This document shows, piece by piece, positions 30,149 to 39,600 of a stretch of DNA of 64,000 nucleotides. Numbering within the stretch: the stretch's first letter is position 1; the number at the start of each line of letters is the position of its first letter. The notes beneath the pieces are model-generated. The model was not told where the DNA came from. It worked only from the letters and a program-made list of their open reading frames with translations, and did no database searches. The position numbers and the translations under genes are program-made. The DNA comes from a bacterium. GTDB lineage: Bacteria; JAHJDO01. The stretch covers positions 37,050-101,049 of the forward strand of contig JAUSPT010000024.1 in assembly GCA_030652805.1 (NCBI GenBank), in the 5' to 3' direction.

Positions 30149-30541
30149 ATGAATTGGAACACATTTGACTTTAAAAGCGGGAAAAGCGGAAGAACCAGGT
30201 CAGGACGAAGGATAGGTGAGATTTTGGAAGGGGATAAGTTTAGATGTTCATTATGCAGAGGCACAGGGATATTACCCCGAACCAAGGGCACAAGATGTCA
30301 TGTATGTAAAGGCTCAGGCATAGTTTCCTTAACCGGACCGGCAGTAGTATGCGCTTACTGCAAAGGCAGAGGCGATTATCCGCCGAGGACAAGTCTTACC
30401 TGTACGGTTTGCGGAGGGAAGGGTTTAGTTAGCATTACCAAACCCATTGAAATATGCGAACATTGCCGGGGAACCGGTGCTGAGCCGGGCAATAAACTAC
30501 CTTGCTTAAAATGCAAAGGTAAGGGTGTGATTACAAAATAG
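30149..30541 (+). CDS. DnaJ-type cysteine-rich zinc-finger protein (paralog 2)
   Basis: CSLCRGTG, CHVCKGSG, CAYCKGRG, CTVCGGKG, CEHCRGTG, CLKCKGKG; AGGTGG RBS, ATG at 30149. Confidence 0.7.
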   Translation: MNWNTFDFKSGKSGRTRSGRRIGEILEGDKFRCSLCRGTGILPRTKGTRCHVCKGSGIVSLTGPAVVCAYCKGRGDYPPRTSLTCTVCGGKGLVSITKPIEICEHCRGTGAEPGNKLPCLKCKGKGVITK

Positions 30542-30558
30542 AAATCGGGAGAGAGACT

Positions 30559-30816
30559 ATGAAAATAGAAGAAGTAGAGAAGGCGATCACAGATTTCTTT
30601 AAGAGCAGTCTTGGTGGAAAGGCAAAAGTAATAAAGATAGTAAAATCTCAGGATGGCTGGACAGGTGAGGCAGAGATTTATGAGGAGAGTTCATTTATTA
30701 AATCTTTAGGACTATCTACCAGAGTTCAGGATAGGAATATTTACGGGATTAAATTGACTGATGCCTTGGAAGTGGTCTCTTACGCGCGAAAAGAGGGATC
30801 TGTAAAAGAGGAATAA
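30559..30816 (+). CDS. GvpO/GvpR-like gas vesicle protein
   Basis: DGWTGEAEIYEESSFIKSLGLSTRVQDRNIYGIKLTDALEVVSYARKE resembles GvpO core (GW.A.VEVVER...DTQD..GRYE..LD...V.GY.R.RR). Confidence 0.55.
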   Translation: MKIEEVEKAITDFFKSSLGGKAKVIKIVKSQDGWTGEAEIYEESSFIKSLGLSTRVQDRNIYGIKLTDALEVVSYARKEGSVKEE

Positions 30817-30831
30817 AAATAAGGAGCAATT

Positions 30832-31128
30832 ATGACTAATAAAATGGCTCATGCTACTGAGGCGACGAATCTTGCGGATATTTTAGAAAGGGTTCTGGAT
30901 AAGGGGATAGTTATTGCCGGGGATATTAAGATCCAAATTGCCGACATTGATCTTCTCACTATCAAAATAAGGCTGTTGGTTGCCTCTGTGGATAAGGCAA
31001 TGGAGATGGGGATAAATTGGTGGCAGCAGGATTCTTATCTTTCTTCTGAAGCAAAAGAGAAAGAAATAGAGAACGAAAATAAATCCTTAAAAAAGAGATT
31101 AGAACGGTTAGAAGCGAAGATAAAATAA
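30832..31128 (+). CDS. gvpJ: GvpA-family minor gas vesicle protein (GvpJ/GvpM-like)
   Basis: ANLADILERVLDKGIVIAGDIKIQIADIDLLTIKIRLLVASVDKAMEMG, GvpA fold with extended C-terminus. Confidence 0.85.
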   Translation: MTNKMAHATEATNLADILERVLDKGIVIAGDIKIQIADIDLLTIKIRLLVASVDKAMEMGINWWQQDSYLSSEAKEKEIENENKSLKKRLERLEAKIK

Positions 31129-31132
31129 AGAA

Positions 31133-31441
31133 ATGACCAGTATGGAGCGTGAGACTTTAGATGTTATTGCTGAAAATGAGGAGAGAGTCCATTATTACTT
31201 AATAGCTCAGGAATTAAAGGTAAGCGCTCATTATGCCTATGTGATTTGCAAAGGGCTTGAGAGAGACAAATATGTTGATTTTGATACATTTAAAGGAGTA
31301 TGCAGCTTAACAGAAAAAGGTAAAGAAACAGTGGAAGAGAATTGGCTTTTTAAACTTAAGCAGCAAAAGCAGAATATTCAGAAGAGAAGAAAAGAAAATA
31401 AGGGAAAAATTTCTAAGAATGTTGAGGTTGTAAATTATTAA
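31133..31441 (+). CDS. small winged-helix DNA-binding protein (MarR/ArsR-like)
   Basis: LDVIAENEERVHYYLIAQELKVSAHYAYVICKGLERDKYV. HTH + wing pattern; basic C-terminus. Confidence 0.5.
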   Translation: MTSMERETLDVIAENEERVHYYLIAQELKVSAHYAYVICKGLERDKYVDFDTFKGVCSLTEKGKETVEENWLFKLKQQKQNIQKRRKENKGKISKNVEVVNY

Positions 31442-31444
31442 GAC

Positions 31445-31657
31445 GTGAGTATAACAGCTACAGAATTAGAAATACTAAGAATTATAAAAAAGAAAAACGG
31501 TTTAATATCTATGAAAGAGTTAAGCAGTAAAGCAGGGTTTGAGATAGGCTATACCTACATGTTGTGCAAGTCCCTGGAAAAGCAGGATTGTATTGGGTTT
31601 TTTACCCATTCATCTTGTAGAATAACTGCAACAGGCAAAGGTCTGATAAGCGAATAG
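31445..31657 (+). CDS. small winged-helix DNA-binding protein (paralog)
   Basis: ELEILRIIKKKNGLISMKELSSKAGFEIGYTYMLCKSLEKQDCI. Same HTH pattern as the 31133 gene. Confidence 0.5.
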   Translation: MSITATELEILRIIKKKNGLISMKELSSKAGFEIGYTYMLCKSLEKQDCIGFFTHSSCRITATGKGLISE

Positions 31658-31666
31658 GAGGTCGAA

Positions 31667-32053
31667 ATGAGCTGGCAAACAATGGAGTGGAATAAACAAA
31701 AGATCGGGCGCAGAGGAGAGATTTTAACCAGGGATGTCTACAGATGCGGTTTTTGTAGAGGCACAGGTCTCCTTTCTTCTAAAAAGGGGATAAAATGTCC
31801 TGTTTGTTTAGGTAATGGAGAGGCAAAGGTTTCATCTCCGGCTGTAATTTGCGCTTATTGCAATGGAACGGGAAAAAGACATCCTCGAACTACCCTCACC
31901 TGTACTGTTTGCCGAGGAAAGGGTGTTGTGAGCGTGGGAACTTCTGATATTGAAGCTTGTCCTACTTGCAAAGGAATAGGCAGGGAACGCGGCAGGACTC
32001 TTCCCTGTTTAACCTGCAAAGGGACAGGCGTTATTCCTAAAAAGAAGAGATAA
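31667..32053 (+). CDS. DnaJ-type cysteine-rich zinc-finger protein (paralog 3)
   Basis: CGFCRGTG, CPVCLGNG, CAYCNGTG, CTVCRGKG, CPTCKGIG, CLTCKGTG. Confidence 0.7.
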   Translation: MSWQTMEWNKQKIGRRGEILTRDVYRCGFCRGTGLLSSKKGIKCPVCLGNGEAKVSSPAVICAYCNGTGKRHPRTTLTCTVCRGKGVVSVGTSDIEACPTCKGIGRERGRTLPCLTCKGTGVIPKKKR

Positions 32054-32085
32054 TATTTTAGTATTAAATGTACAGGGAGAAAAAA

Positions 32086-32604
32086 ATGGCTAAAGAAAAG
32101 AAAAAAAATGAAGAAGCGGTAGGTTTTGATTTTGGCATTGGTGGGCTGTTTAAAGGTATTGAGAAATTAGTTGACCTGGCAGCAGATTTAAAAGAGGCCG
32201 GAGGGGAGATTAAGAAAGAAGGCGAAATAGACCTGAGCCATCTTAAGAAAGGGATGAAGGGAGTATTTGGATTTTCTGTAAAAAGCGCGGTGGGAGGAAA
32301 ACCAACAGTTGAGACATTCGGCCACAAAATTAAGAAGACCCCTGAAGGTCCCACGGTTGAAGAAGAGAGAGAGCCTATCATAGATGTATTTGATGAAAAA
32401 GAAGAGATCCGAGTCTATGCTGAGATGCCGGGGGTAAATGACGAGTCTATATCGGTTGATTTAAAAGGGGATATATTAGAAATAACAGCTGTAAGTAAGG
32501 ATAGAAAATACCGCAAGGAAATTTTGCTTCCTGCTAAAGTTGAATCTAAAACTTTAGAGAGGAGTTTTAAAAACGGTATCTTAGAAATAAAAATAAAGAA
32601 ATGA
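32086..32604 (+). CDS. gvpH: Hsp20/alpha-crystallin-domain protein, GvpH-like
   Basis: C-terminal ACD: IDVFDEKEEIRVYAEMPGVNDESISVDLKGDILEITAV...ERSFKNGILEIKIKK; RBS AGGGAG before ATG 32086 (ORF track starts at 32068). Confidence 0.75.
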   Translation: MAKEKKKNEEAVGFDFGIGGLFKGIEKLVDLAADLKEAGGEIKKEGEIDLSHLKKGMKGVFGFSVKSAVGGKPTVETFGHKIKKTPEGPTVEEEREPIIDVFDEKEEIRVYAEMPGVNDESISVDLKGDILEITAVSKDRKYRKEILLPAKVESKTLERSFKNGILEIKIKK

Positions 32605-32607
32605 TAT

Positions 32608-33543
32608 ATGGCATTAACAGGATTAAGAGAAGATGCGTTAAAACTGGTTTTATTTGGAGGGAAGGGCGGCGTAGGAAAGACAACCTGTGCATCAAGCACA
32701 GGCTTTTATTTAGCAAAGAATTTCAGGACATTGCTTTTTTCAACAGACCCGGCACATTCGCTCTCTGATAGTTTAGAGCAGGACATTGGCAGTAACATAA
32801 TAGAGGTGAAAGGGACAAAAAACTTGAGTGCTTTTGAAGTAAGCGCAGAAAAAGCTCTTTCTAGATTCAAGATAGAACATGAAGACCAGATAAAAAAGAT
32901 TTTGGATACCTCTACCTATTTAGATGAGGAAGACATTGATTCCATCTTTGATTTGCCTATTCCCGGGATGGATGAAGTGATGGGGTTCAAGACAATTGTT
33001 GATTTAATAGAGGAAGCTAAGTTTGACAAGTACATTGTAGATACCGCGCCTAGCGGTCATGCGATGAGACTTCTGACTTTACCTGACCTGCTGGATGACT
33101 GGGTCAAGGTTATGGCAAAGATGAGATGGAAGTATAGATATATGGTGGAAAGATTTGGCGGAAGATATAATCCTGACGAAGGCGATGATTTCTTATTAAC
33201 TATGAAAAAGACCGTAAAGAGAATAGAAAATCTTCTTAAGGATCAAAAAAGGTGTGAATTTATAGCAGTTACCATTCCGGAAGATATGGCAATTTTAGAA
33301 ACCGGGAGAATGATAAATAATTTGAACGACTATGGCATAAAAGTGAGGCAATTAGTAATAAATAATGTTGTAGAATCGCAGGATTGCGGATTTTGTAGAG
33401 AAAGAAGAAAAGGGCAGGAGAAACATATAAACAGGATAATGAAAAAGTTTGATGACTTAAAAATAACAATTGTCCCTTTGCAATCAAGGGAGGTTAAAGG
33501 TATAGATACCTTGAATAATTTTAAAGAGATGCTATTTCAATAA
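32608..33543 (+). CDS. ArsA/Get3-family P-loop ATPase (single ATPase domain)
   Basis: Deviant Walker [11 protein letters not shown]; ArsA/Get3 signature [12 protein letters not shown] (cf. DTAPTGHTLRLL); [11 protein letters not shown]. Confidence 0.75.
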   Translation: MALTGLREDALKLVLFGGKGGVGKTTCASSTGFYLAKNFRTLLFSTDPAHSLSDSLEQDIGSNIIEVKGTKNLSAFEVSAEKALSRFKIEHEDQIKKILDTSTYLDEEDIDSIFDLPIPGMDEVMGFKTIVDLIEEAKFDKYIVDTAPSGHAMRLLTLPDLLDDWVKVMAKMRWKYRYMVERFGGRYNPDEGDDFLLTMKKTVKRIENLLKDQKRCEFIAVTIPEDMAILETGRMINNLNDYGIKVRQLVINNVVESQDCGFCRERRKGQEKHINRIMKKFDDLKITIVPLQSREVKGIDTLNNFKEMLFQ

Positions 33544-35711
33544 TGGGAAAAAAGAACTCAGCTCTTACACTTAAAGTAAAAGAAGCTCTGCCAAAGGATG
33601 CAGGAAGGGCTATCGCCAGGATTGACCCGGAAGATATGAAAACTCTTGGAATAGAAGTGGGCGAGGTTGTAGAGATTGACGGTAAAAGAAAAACTCCTGT
33701 CAAAGCAATGCCATCTTACGTAGAAGATAGAGGGAAAAAGACTATTCAAATGGATGGAATATCCAGAGAGAATGCGCAGATTGGACTGGATGAAAAGGTA
33801 AAGATCAGCAAGATTGACTATAAGTCTGCTAACAAAATCACACTCTCGCCTCTAACTGCATCAAGTCTGCTTCAAAGAGATAAAGATACCAGATATATCG
33901 GGTCGCTTATGGAGGGGCTTCCTGTAACCAGCGGCGATAGGATTAGAGCTACGCTTTTTGGCTCAAGATCCTGCGATTTTAAGGTGCTGGATACTATTCC
34001 TGCGGGTGTAGTTTTAATAAACCAGACTACTTCAATAAAGATGAAGACAAAGGGAGCAGAAAAAGAGAGGTCAGCCAAAGTTTCATATGAAGATATTGGC
34101 GGGCTTGATAAGCCAATCCAAAGAATCAGGGAGATGATAGAGCTTCCTTTAAAATATCCTCAAGTATTTGAAAGATTAGGAATTGATCCGCCGAAAGGCG
34201 TTTTTCTCCATGGTCCTCCGGGTTGTGGAAAAACCTTAATCGCTCGGGCCGTGGCTAATGAAACAGATGCTTATTTTACCAGCATAAGCGGACCGGAAAT
34301 TATGGGGAAGTTTTATGGGGAGAGCGAAGCTCGCCTCCGTTCCATATTTGAAGATGCTCAGGCACATGCGCCTGCTATCATATTTTTGGATGAGATTGAA
34401 TCTATTGCTCCAAAAAGAGAAGATATGGGCGCTGAAAAACAGGTTGAGCGAAGAGTAGTAGCTCAGCTTCTGGCTCTGATGGATGGATTAGAATCAAGGG
34501 GACATGTTGTTGTTATAGCTGCAACCAATTTGCCTAATACAGTTGATCCGGCTTTGAGACGGCCAGGCCGTTTTGACAGAGAATTATCTATCCCTATTCC
34601 GGATAAAAATGGGCGATTAGAAATTTTACAGATACATACAAGAGGAATGCCTTTGGCAGAAGATGTGAGTTTAGAGAGATTAGCTGAGATTACTCATGGA
34701 TTTGTGGGCGCGGATTTAGAATCATTAGCAAGAGAAGCAGCAATGTCAGCGTTAAGAAAGATTTTGCCTAAGATAGATTTTGAATTAGCGGAGATACCTT
34801 ATGAGACTCTTTTAGAATTGCAGGTTACTATGGACAATTTTTTGGAGGCATTGAAAGAAATAGAGCCTTCTGCTATCCGCGAGGTATTTGTTGAGATTCC
34901 TGATGTCCGGTGGGATGAGGTTGGTGGATTAGATGAAATAAAGAAGTCTTTAATTGAAGCCGTGGAATGGCCTCTTAAATACAGCAGATTATTTGAGCAC
35001 GTCAAAACAGAGCCGCCTACAGGCATTTTGCTCTCCGGTTCTCCGGGTACGGGAAAGACTTTGGTAGCCAAAGCATTAGCTACTGAGAGCGGGGTTAATT
35101 TTATTTCTGTTAAAGGCCCTGAGATTATAAGTAAGTATGTGGGTGAGTCAGAACGCGCTGTCCGTGAGATATTTAAAAAGGCAAGAATGGCTGCTCCATG
35201 TATTTTATTCCTGGATGAAATAGACAGTCTGGTTCCTACACGCGGAAGCGCTGGAGGGGATTCACAGGTAACCGAGAGAGTGATCAGCCAATTTCTTACC
35301 GAACTTGGAGGGATAGAGAGATTAAAGGGCGTAGTAGTGATTGGTGCGACCAATAGATTAGATATGATAGACACCGCAGTATCAAGGGCGGGAAGGTTTG
35401 ATATCCATTTAAACTTTCCATTACCTGATAAAAAGACAAGACTCAGAATTTTTGAAATTCATGCTAAAGACAAACCATTAGATAAAGATGTAAATTTAGA
35501 AAAATTAGCAGATCAAATAGAAGAATATTCCGGAGCAGATATTGAAGCTGTTTGCCGTCGCGCGTCTATGCTTGCTATAAGAGGATATATAGAAAATCAA
35601 AAGGCAAAAAGCAAAGATCAAAAATTAGAACTCAAGATATCAAAGAGCAATTTTGAAGAAGCTATTAGTTTACTAAAAGAACAGAAGAACGAAATAAAGG
35701 GGGGTGGTTAA
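33543..35711 (+). CDS. CDC48/VCP-like AAA+ ATPase (N-domain + D1 + D2)
   Basis: CDC48-N-like start; two AAA modules with Walker A GPPGCGKT and GSPGTGKT, Walker [20 protein letters not shown] regions; archaeal/eukaryotic-type architecture. Confidence 0.85.
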   Translation: MGKKNSALTLKVKEALPKDAGRAIARIDPEDMKTLGIEVGEVVEIDGKRKTPVKAMPSYVEDRGKKTIQMDGISRENAQIGLDEKVKISKIDYKSANKITLSPLTASSLLQRDKDTRYIGSLMEGLPVTSGDRIRATLFGSRSCDFKVLDTIPAGVVLINQTTSIKMKTKGAEKERSAKVSYEDIGGLDKPIQRIREMIELPLKYPQVFERLGIDPPKGVFLHGPPGCGKTLIARAVANETDAYFTSISGPEIMGKFYGESEARLRSIFEDAQAHAPAIIFLDEIESIAPKREDMGAEKQVERRVVAQLLALMDGLESRGHVVVIAATNLPNTVDPALRRPGRFDRELSIPIPDKNGRLEILQIHTRGMPLAEDVSLERLAEITHGFVGADLESLAREAAMSALRKILPKIDFELAEIPYETLLELQVTMDNFLEALKEIEPSAIREVFVEIPDVRWDEVGGLDEIKKSLIEAVEWPLKYSRLFEHVKTEPPTGILLSGSPGTGKTLVAKALATESGVNFISVKGPEIISKYVGESERAVREIFKKARMAAPCILFLDEIDSLVPTRGSAGGDSQVTERVISQFLTELGGIERLKGVVVIGATNRLDMIDTAVSRAGRFDIHLNFPLPDKKTRLRIFEIHAKDKPLDKDVNLEKLADQIEEYSGADIEAVCRRASMLAIRGYIENQKAKSKDQKLELKISKSNFEEAISLLKEQKNEIKGGG

Positions 35712-35712
35712 A

Positions 35713-35847
35713 ATGGCAGGGATTATTGAGAAAATTAAAAACTTTTTTAGCAGCATGTGTATATGCAAAGTTAAGAAGGAAAAAGAAGAACCTAAACTGC
35801 AACAGGAAGAGCCTAAGGTAGAGGAAAAACCTGAAGAACAAAAATAA
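35713..35847 (+). CDS. small protein with K/E/P-rich tail (44 aa; not in ORF track)
   Basis: MAGIIEKIKNFFSSMCICKVKKEKEEPKLQQEEPKVEEKPEEQK; tail resembles that of the 14209 gene product; AAGG..GGTGG RBS. Confidence 0.3.
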   Translation: MAGIIEKIKNFFSSMCICKVKKEKEEPKLQQEEPKVEEKPEEQK

Positions 35848-35862
35848 TAAACAAGGTGTAAA

Positions 35863-36867
35863 ATGGCTGAAATTGGAAAATATATTTATGGAATTATAAG
35901 TTCTAATACGAACTTCCGCCTTTTTATCTCGGAGGATAGCATACATGCGATTCCTTATCAGGATATCTCGGCTGTAGTAGGAGACTCTGAGATAATCGAT
36001 TACACCTGTATATCTAAAGGTGATGTGGCGAAAATGCTGGTCAGGCATCAAAAGGTTATTGAAGGCGTTATGAGTTCAGGGCTTACAATTATTCCTATGA
36101 AATTAGGTACATTCGCTGTTTCGGAAATTGAGGTCAAAGATATTTTGGATAGAGGATATAACCTCATTAAGGAGATTATGGAGAAGACGGGCGATAAAAT
36201 AGAGATTGATATAGTCGCCACATGGAGTGATTTTCCTTCAATTCTTAAAGAGGTTGGGGAAGAGAGAGAAATTAAAGAATTCAAAGAAAGGCTTTTAGCT
36301 AGTCCAAAAGAGATAACCATAACTGAGCAAATGAAAGTAGGGCTTATGGTTAAGAAAGCATTGGATACAAGAAAAGAAAAATATGCTGAAAAGATAAAGA
36401 ATGCACTGGAAACTCTAAGCCAGGATCTAAAGTTGCATGAACTCATGGACGATAATATGGTTGCTAATATAGCCTTTTTGATAAATAAAACCCGGCAAAT
36501 AGAATTTGATAAAAAGATAGAAGACCTAAACACTGAATTTCACGATGAGTTAAATTTTAGATGTATAGGTCCGCTTCCGCCTTATAGTTTCTATACGCTT
36601 GAGATAAAAAAGATGAAATTTGACGAGATTGATTGGGCAAAAAAGAAGTTGAGGTTAAATGATTTTGCAGGTAAAGATGAAATTAAGAAAGCTTATCGAA
36701 GAGTAGCCGCCTCTTCCCATCCTGATAGAAATCCGGATATACCGGCTAAAATTTTTGATGATGTAAACAAAGCTAATAAGATACTTATTGATTATTGCAA
36801 AGCTCGTGAACAAGCAGGCGAGGAAGAATTTGAAAAGAACGCAATATTGATCAAAGTGAGGGAGTAA
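35863..36867 (+). CDS. GvpF/GvpL-family protein fused to C-terminal DnaJ J-domain
   Basis: N-terminal YIYGIISS...AIPYQDISAVV (GvpF/L hallmark); C-terminal KKAYRRVAASSHPDRNPD...ANKIL J-domain with HPD tripeptide at nt 36718-36726. Confidence 0.8.
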   Translation: MAEIGKYIYGIISSNTNFRLFISEDSIHAIPYQDISAVVGDSEIIDYTCISKGDVAKMLVRHQKVIEGVMSSGLTIIPMKLGTFAVSEIEVKDILDRGYNLIKEIMEKTGDKIEIDIVATWSDFPSILKEVGEEREIKEFKERLLASPKEITITEQMKVGLMVKKALDTRKEKYAEKIKNALETLSQDLKLHELMDDNMVANIAFLINKTRQIEFDKKIEDLNTEFHDELNFRCIGPLPPYSFYTLEIKKMKFDEIDWAKKKLRLNDFAGKDEIKKAYRRVAASSHPDRNPDIPAKIFDDVNKANKILIDYCKAREQAGEEEFEKNAILIKVRE

Positions 36868-36874
36868 TAGGAAT

Positions 36875-37645
36875 ATGGAGAAAGAAGGTAAATATATCTA
36901 TTGTATTATCGCAACATCGCAGGAGAGGAACTTTGGGTCAATAGGAATAGGTGGCAGGGGCGATGAGGTATTAACCATTGGCTATAATGATCTGAGCATG
37001 GTTGTAAGCAGTCATCCAATGACTAAATTTACTGTTAATCGCGAGAATATGCTGGCTCATGAGAAGGTAATTGAAGAAGTGATGAAGGAATTTGATAGTG
37101 TTCTTCCAGTCAGATTTGGCACAGTTGCCTCTAATGCCGATGAGATAAGAAATCTTCTGGATAAAAGATATAGAGAATTTAAGGACTCATTAAGAAATAT
37201 GGATCATAAAATAGAATTAGGGGTTAAAGGGATATGGAAGAATATGGATATCATCTTCAAGGAGATTTCAGAAGAGAACAGAGAGATTAAGAAGGCAAAA
37301 GTGAAAATTCAAAACGGCAAAGGGAAAAAGAATATACAATCTAAGATGGAGGTTGGTAAAGAGGTTTTTGAAGCTCTGCAAAAGAAAAAAGAGAAAGAGG
37401 CAGAGAAGATAGTAGATGCCTTAAGAAGAACATCCTTTGACCATAAACTTAATGAGACTATTACTGATGAGATGTTTATGAATGCAGCCTTTTTGGTGGA
37501 TAAAGGGAGAGAGAAAGAATTTGATAACATAATGGGTGATTTAAGTGAAGAATATAAGGATAGAGTAAAGTTTATGTATGTAGGTCCTTTACCTGTTTTT
37601 AATTTTGTGAGCATTGCAATTTATCCTGAAGAATGGGAGAAATAA
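36875..37645 (+). CDS. GvpF/GvpL-family gas vesicle protein
   Basis: KYIYCIIATSQERNFGSIGIGGRGDEVLTIGYNDLSMVVS; YVGPLP near C-terminus. Confidence 0.8.
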   Translation: MEKEGKYIYCIIATSQERNFGSIGIGGRGDEVLTIGYNDLSMVVSSHPMTKFTVNRENMLAHEKVIEEVMKEFDSVLPVRFGTVASNADEIRNLLDKRYREFKDSLRNMDHKIELGVKGIWKNMDIIFKEISEENREIKKAKVKIQNGKGKKNIQSKMEVGKEVFEALQKKKEKEAEKIVDALRRTSFDHKLNETITDEMFMNAAFLVDKGREKEFDNIMGDLSEEYKDRVKFMYVGPLPVFNFVSIAIYPEEWEK

Positions 37646-37646
37646 G

Positions 37647-38414
37647 ATGGAAACGGCTGTAAAACGAGGTAAATATATATATTGCGTAATTGAGTCAAAT
37701 CAAGCCCAATCATTCGGTTCGCCGGGAGTTGGCGGAAGAGGGGACGAATTGCATACTATTTGCTTTAACGATATAGCAGTTGTAGTGAGCAATTCTCCAA
37801 TAATAAAATACCCGGTATCAAGGGAGAATACACTTGCTCATGAAAAGGCAATTGAGGAAGTGATGGAAAAATATGTAGTTTTGCCGGTAAGATTTTGTAC
37901 AATTGCTGAAGACGAGAAGAAGGTAAAAAAGATTTTAGAAAGAGAGCATGATAAATTCAAAGATTTGTTGGATGAGATCAAAGGGAAAAAAGAGCTCGGA
38001 TTAAAAGCAATATTTAAAGAGGATGTTATTTATAAAGATATCCTGGAAAAACATGAAGGCATAAGAAAGTTAAAAGAAGGGCTGGCTTCTAAACCCCCTG
38101 AAGCGACCCATTACGAACGTATGGAAATAGGAAAAATGGTGGAAACTGCTCTACAAAAAGAAAAAGAGATTTGTGAAAAGGAAATTATTAATGCTCTTTT
38201 GCCTTTGGCAGTAGAGCATAAGACGAATAATACCTATGGTGAACGAATGATTATTAATGCGGCTTTTTTAGTGGAGAAAAGCAAAGAAACAGAATTTGAT
38301 CAGAAGGTTCAGGAACTTGACGGAAAATATGGTAATAAAATAAAATTTAAATATGTGGGCACATTACCGCCATTTAATTTTGTCAATTTAGTAATTAATA
38401 TAGGAGAGTATTAA
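37647..38414 (+). CDS. GvpF/GvpL-family gas vesicle protein
   Basis: KYIYCVIESNQAQSFGSPGVGGRGDELHTICFNDIAVVVS; YVGTLPPFNF; ATG 37647 directly after upstream stop. Confidence 0.8.
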   Translation: METAVKRGKYIYCVIESNQAQSFGSPGVGGRGDELHTICFNDIAVVVSNSPIIKYPVSRENTLAHEKAIEEVMEKYVVLPVRFCTIAEDEKKVKKILEREHDKFKDLLDEIKGKKELGLKAIFKEDVIYKDILEKHEGIRKLKEGLASKPPEATHYERMEIGKMVETALQKEKEICEKEIINALLPLAVEHKTNNTYGERMIINAAFLVEKSKETEFDQKVQELDGKYGNKIKFKYVGTLPPFNFVNLVINIGEY

Positions 38415-38653
38415 TGTTTTTAATTGATGATATATTCCTTGCGCCATTGAAAGGGGTGGTTTGGCTTGGCAAGAAGATGAATGAGGTTATAGAGAAGGAA
38501 ATCTCTGATGAAGGGCGGATAAAAGAGAAACTTATGGAATTACAAATGCAGTTTGAACTTGATGAAATAAACGATGAAGAATATAAGAAGCAGGAAGAAG
38601 AACTTTTAGCGCGATTGGACGCTATTAGAAAAGCAAAAGAAGAGGAGGTGTGA
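38414..38653 (+). CDS. gvpG: gas vesicle protein GvpG
   Basis: MFLIDDIFLAPLKGVVWLGKKM... typical GvpG N-terminus; ATG overlaps upstream TAA. Confidence 0.8.
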   Translation: MFLIDDIFLAPLKGVVWLGKKMNEVIEKEISDEGRIKEKLMELQMQFELDEINDEEYKKQEEELLARLDAIRKAKEEEV

Positions 38654-38913
38654 AGATGGCTAATATGGAAGAAGCTAAGAAAGCAGTTGCAGAGTTTTTA
38701 AAAAAGACCCTTAATGTCAAAGATGTAAAGGTTATTAAGGTTGGAAAGAGCGAAAAGGGCTGGGAGACAGAAGCAGAAGTATATGAAGAAAGTTCATTTA
38801 TAAAGGCTCTCGGACTTCCAACAAGAGTAAAGGACCGGAATATCTATGAGATTAAATTGGATGATAAGTTGGAAGTAGAGTCTTACGAACGTAAAAAGGA
38901 AGAGAAGGAATAG
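38650..38913 (+). CDS. GvpO/GvpR-like gas vesicle protein (paralog of 30559)
   Basis: KGWETEAEVYEESSFIKALGLPTRVKDRNIYEIKLDDKLEVESYERKKEE. About 55% identical to 30559 product. Confidence 0.55.
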   Translation: MKMANMEEAKKAVAEFLKKTLNVKDVKVIKVGKSEKGWETEAEVYEESSFIKALGLPTRVKDRNIYEIKLDDKLEVESYERKKEEKE

Positions 38914-38959
38914 AGGCAGTGATAAGAGAGAAGAAGGGAGGCAATAAAGGAGGAACGAG

Positions 38960-39325
38960 ATGGCTTTAGAGGCGACAAGAGGTAATGGTGGTGATAACGG
39001 AACTCTGGTTGACGTAATAGACCGCATTCTGGATAAGGGTTTAGTCATCAATGCGGATATTACTGTATCCGTAGCGGGGGTTGAATTACTTGGTGTAAAG
39101 GTTCGGGCAGCTCTGGCTTCATTTGAAACCGCAGCAAAATATGGTTTAGAATTCCCCTCAGGCACTAATTACGAAACCGCGGCATGGAAAGAGGCGGCAA
39201 AAGGTAAAGATGAATGTCCGCAGTGTGCTAAAAAGGTACTGACAGATGAACTGATGAATAAAGGATGCCCTTGGTGCGGCTGGCAAAGCGCTAAGGCAAA
39301 ACTAAAACCAAAACAAATAGTCTAA
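38960..39325 (+). CDS. GvpA-family domain fused to C-terminal zinc-ribbon
   Basis: [48 protein letters not shown], then CPQC...GCPWCGW. Confidence 0.75.
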   Translation: MALEATRGNGGDNGTLVDVIDRILDKGLVINADITVSVAGVELLGVKVRAALASFETAAKYGLEFPSGTNYETAAWKEAAKGKDECPQCAKKVLTDELMNKGCPWCGWQSAKAKLKPKQIV

Positions 39326-39330
39326 ATTCT

Positions 39331-39597
39331 ATGAGCAAAAAGGAAAAATCGAGATTAGGCGGGTTTAATCTTCTAGGCATTCCTCTAGACCCTACTTTGG
39401 GTGTAGGAGATAAGGTTTTAGACCATGTAGATGAATCAATAGAAGCTGAAAAAAGAAAAGAAGCGGGTTCTAAATATTGGGCCCGTTGCTCTTTCTATTA
39501 CACTGTTTGCCCTAAATGCAGTCGTAAGGTAATTACTGAAGAGTTGGAAGAAAAGGGATGTTTTGTTTGTGGATATAAACCTAATAAGGAGGAGTGA
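39331..39597 (+). CDS. stand-alone zinc-ribbon protein homologous to C-terminus of the 38960 gene product
   Basis: CPKCSRKVITEELEEKGCFVCGYK parallels CPQCAKKVLTDELMNKGCPWCGWQ. Confidence 0.5.
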   Translation: MSKKEKSRLGGFNLLGIPLDPTLGVGDKVLDHVDESIEAEKRKEAGSKYWARCSFYYTVCPKCSRKVITEELEEKGCFVCGYKPNKEE

Positions 39598-39600
39598 CAT

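Noticed and set aside
37137-37150. TGGCACAGTTGC as a second sigma54 promoter (also TGGCACAGAAGAGC at 8573)
   Set aside because: GG-to-GC spacing is wrong (too short) or no TTGC partner; both intragenic
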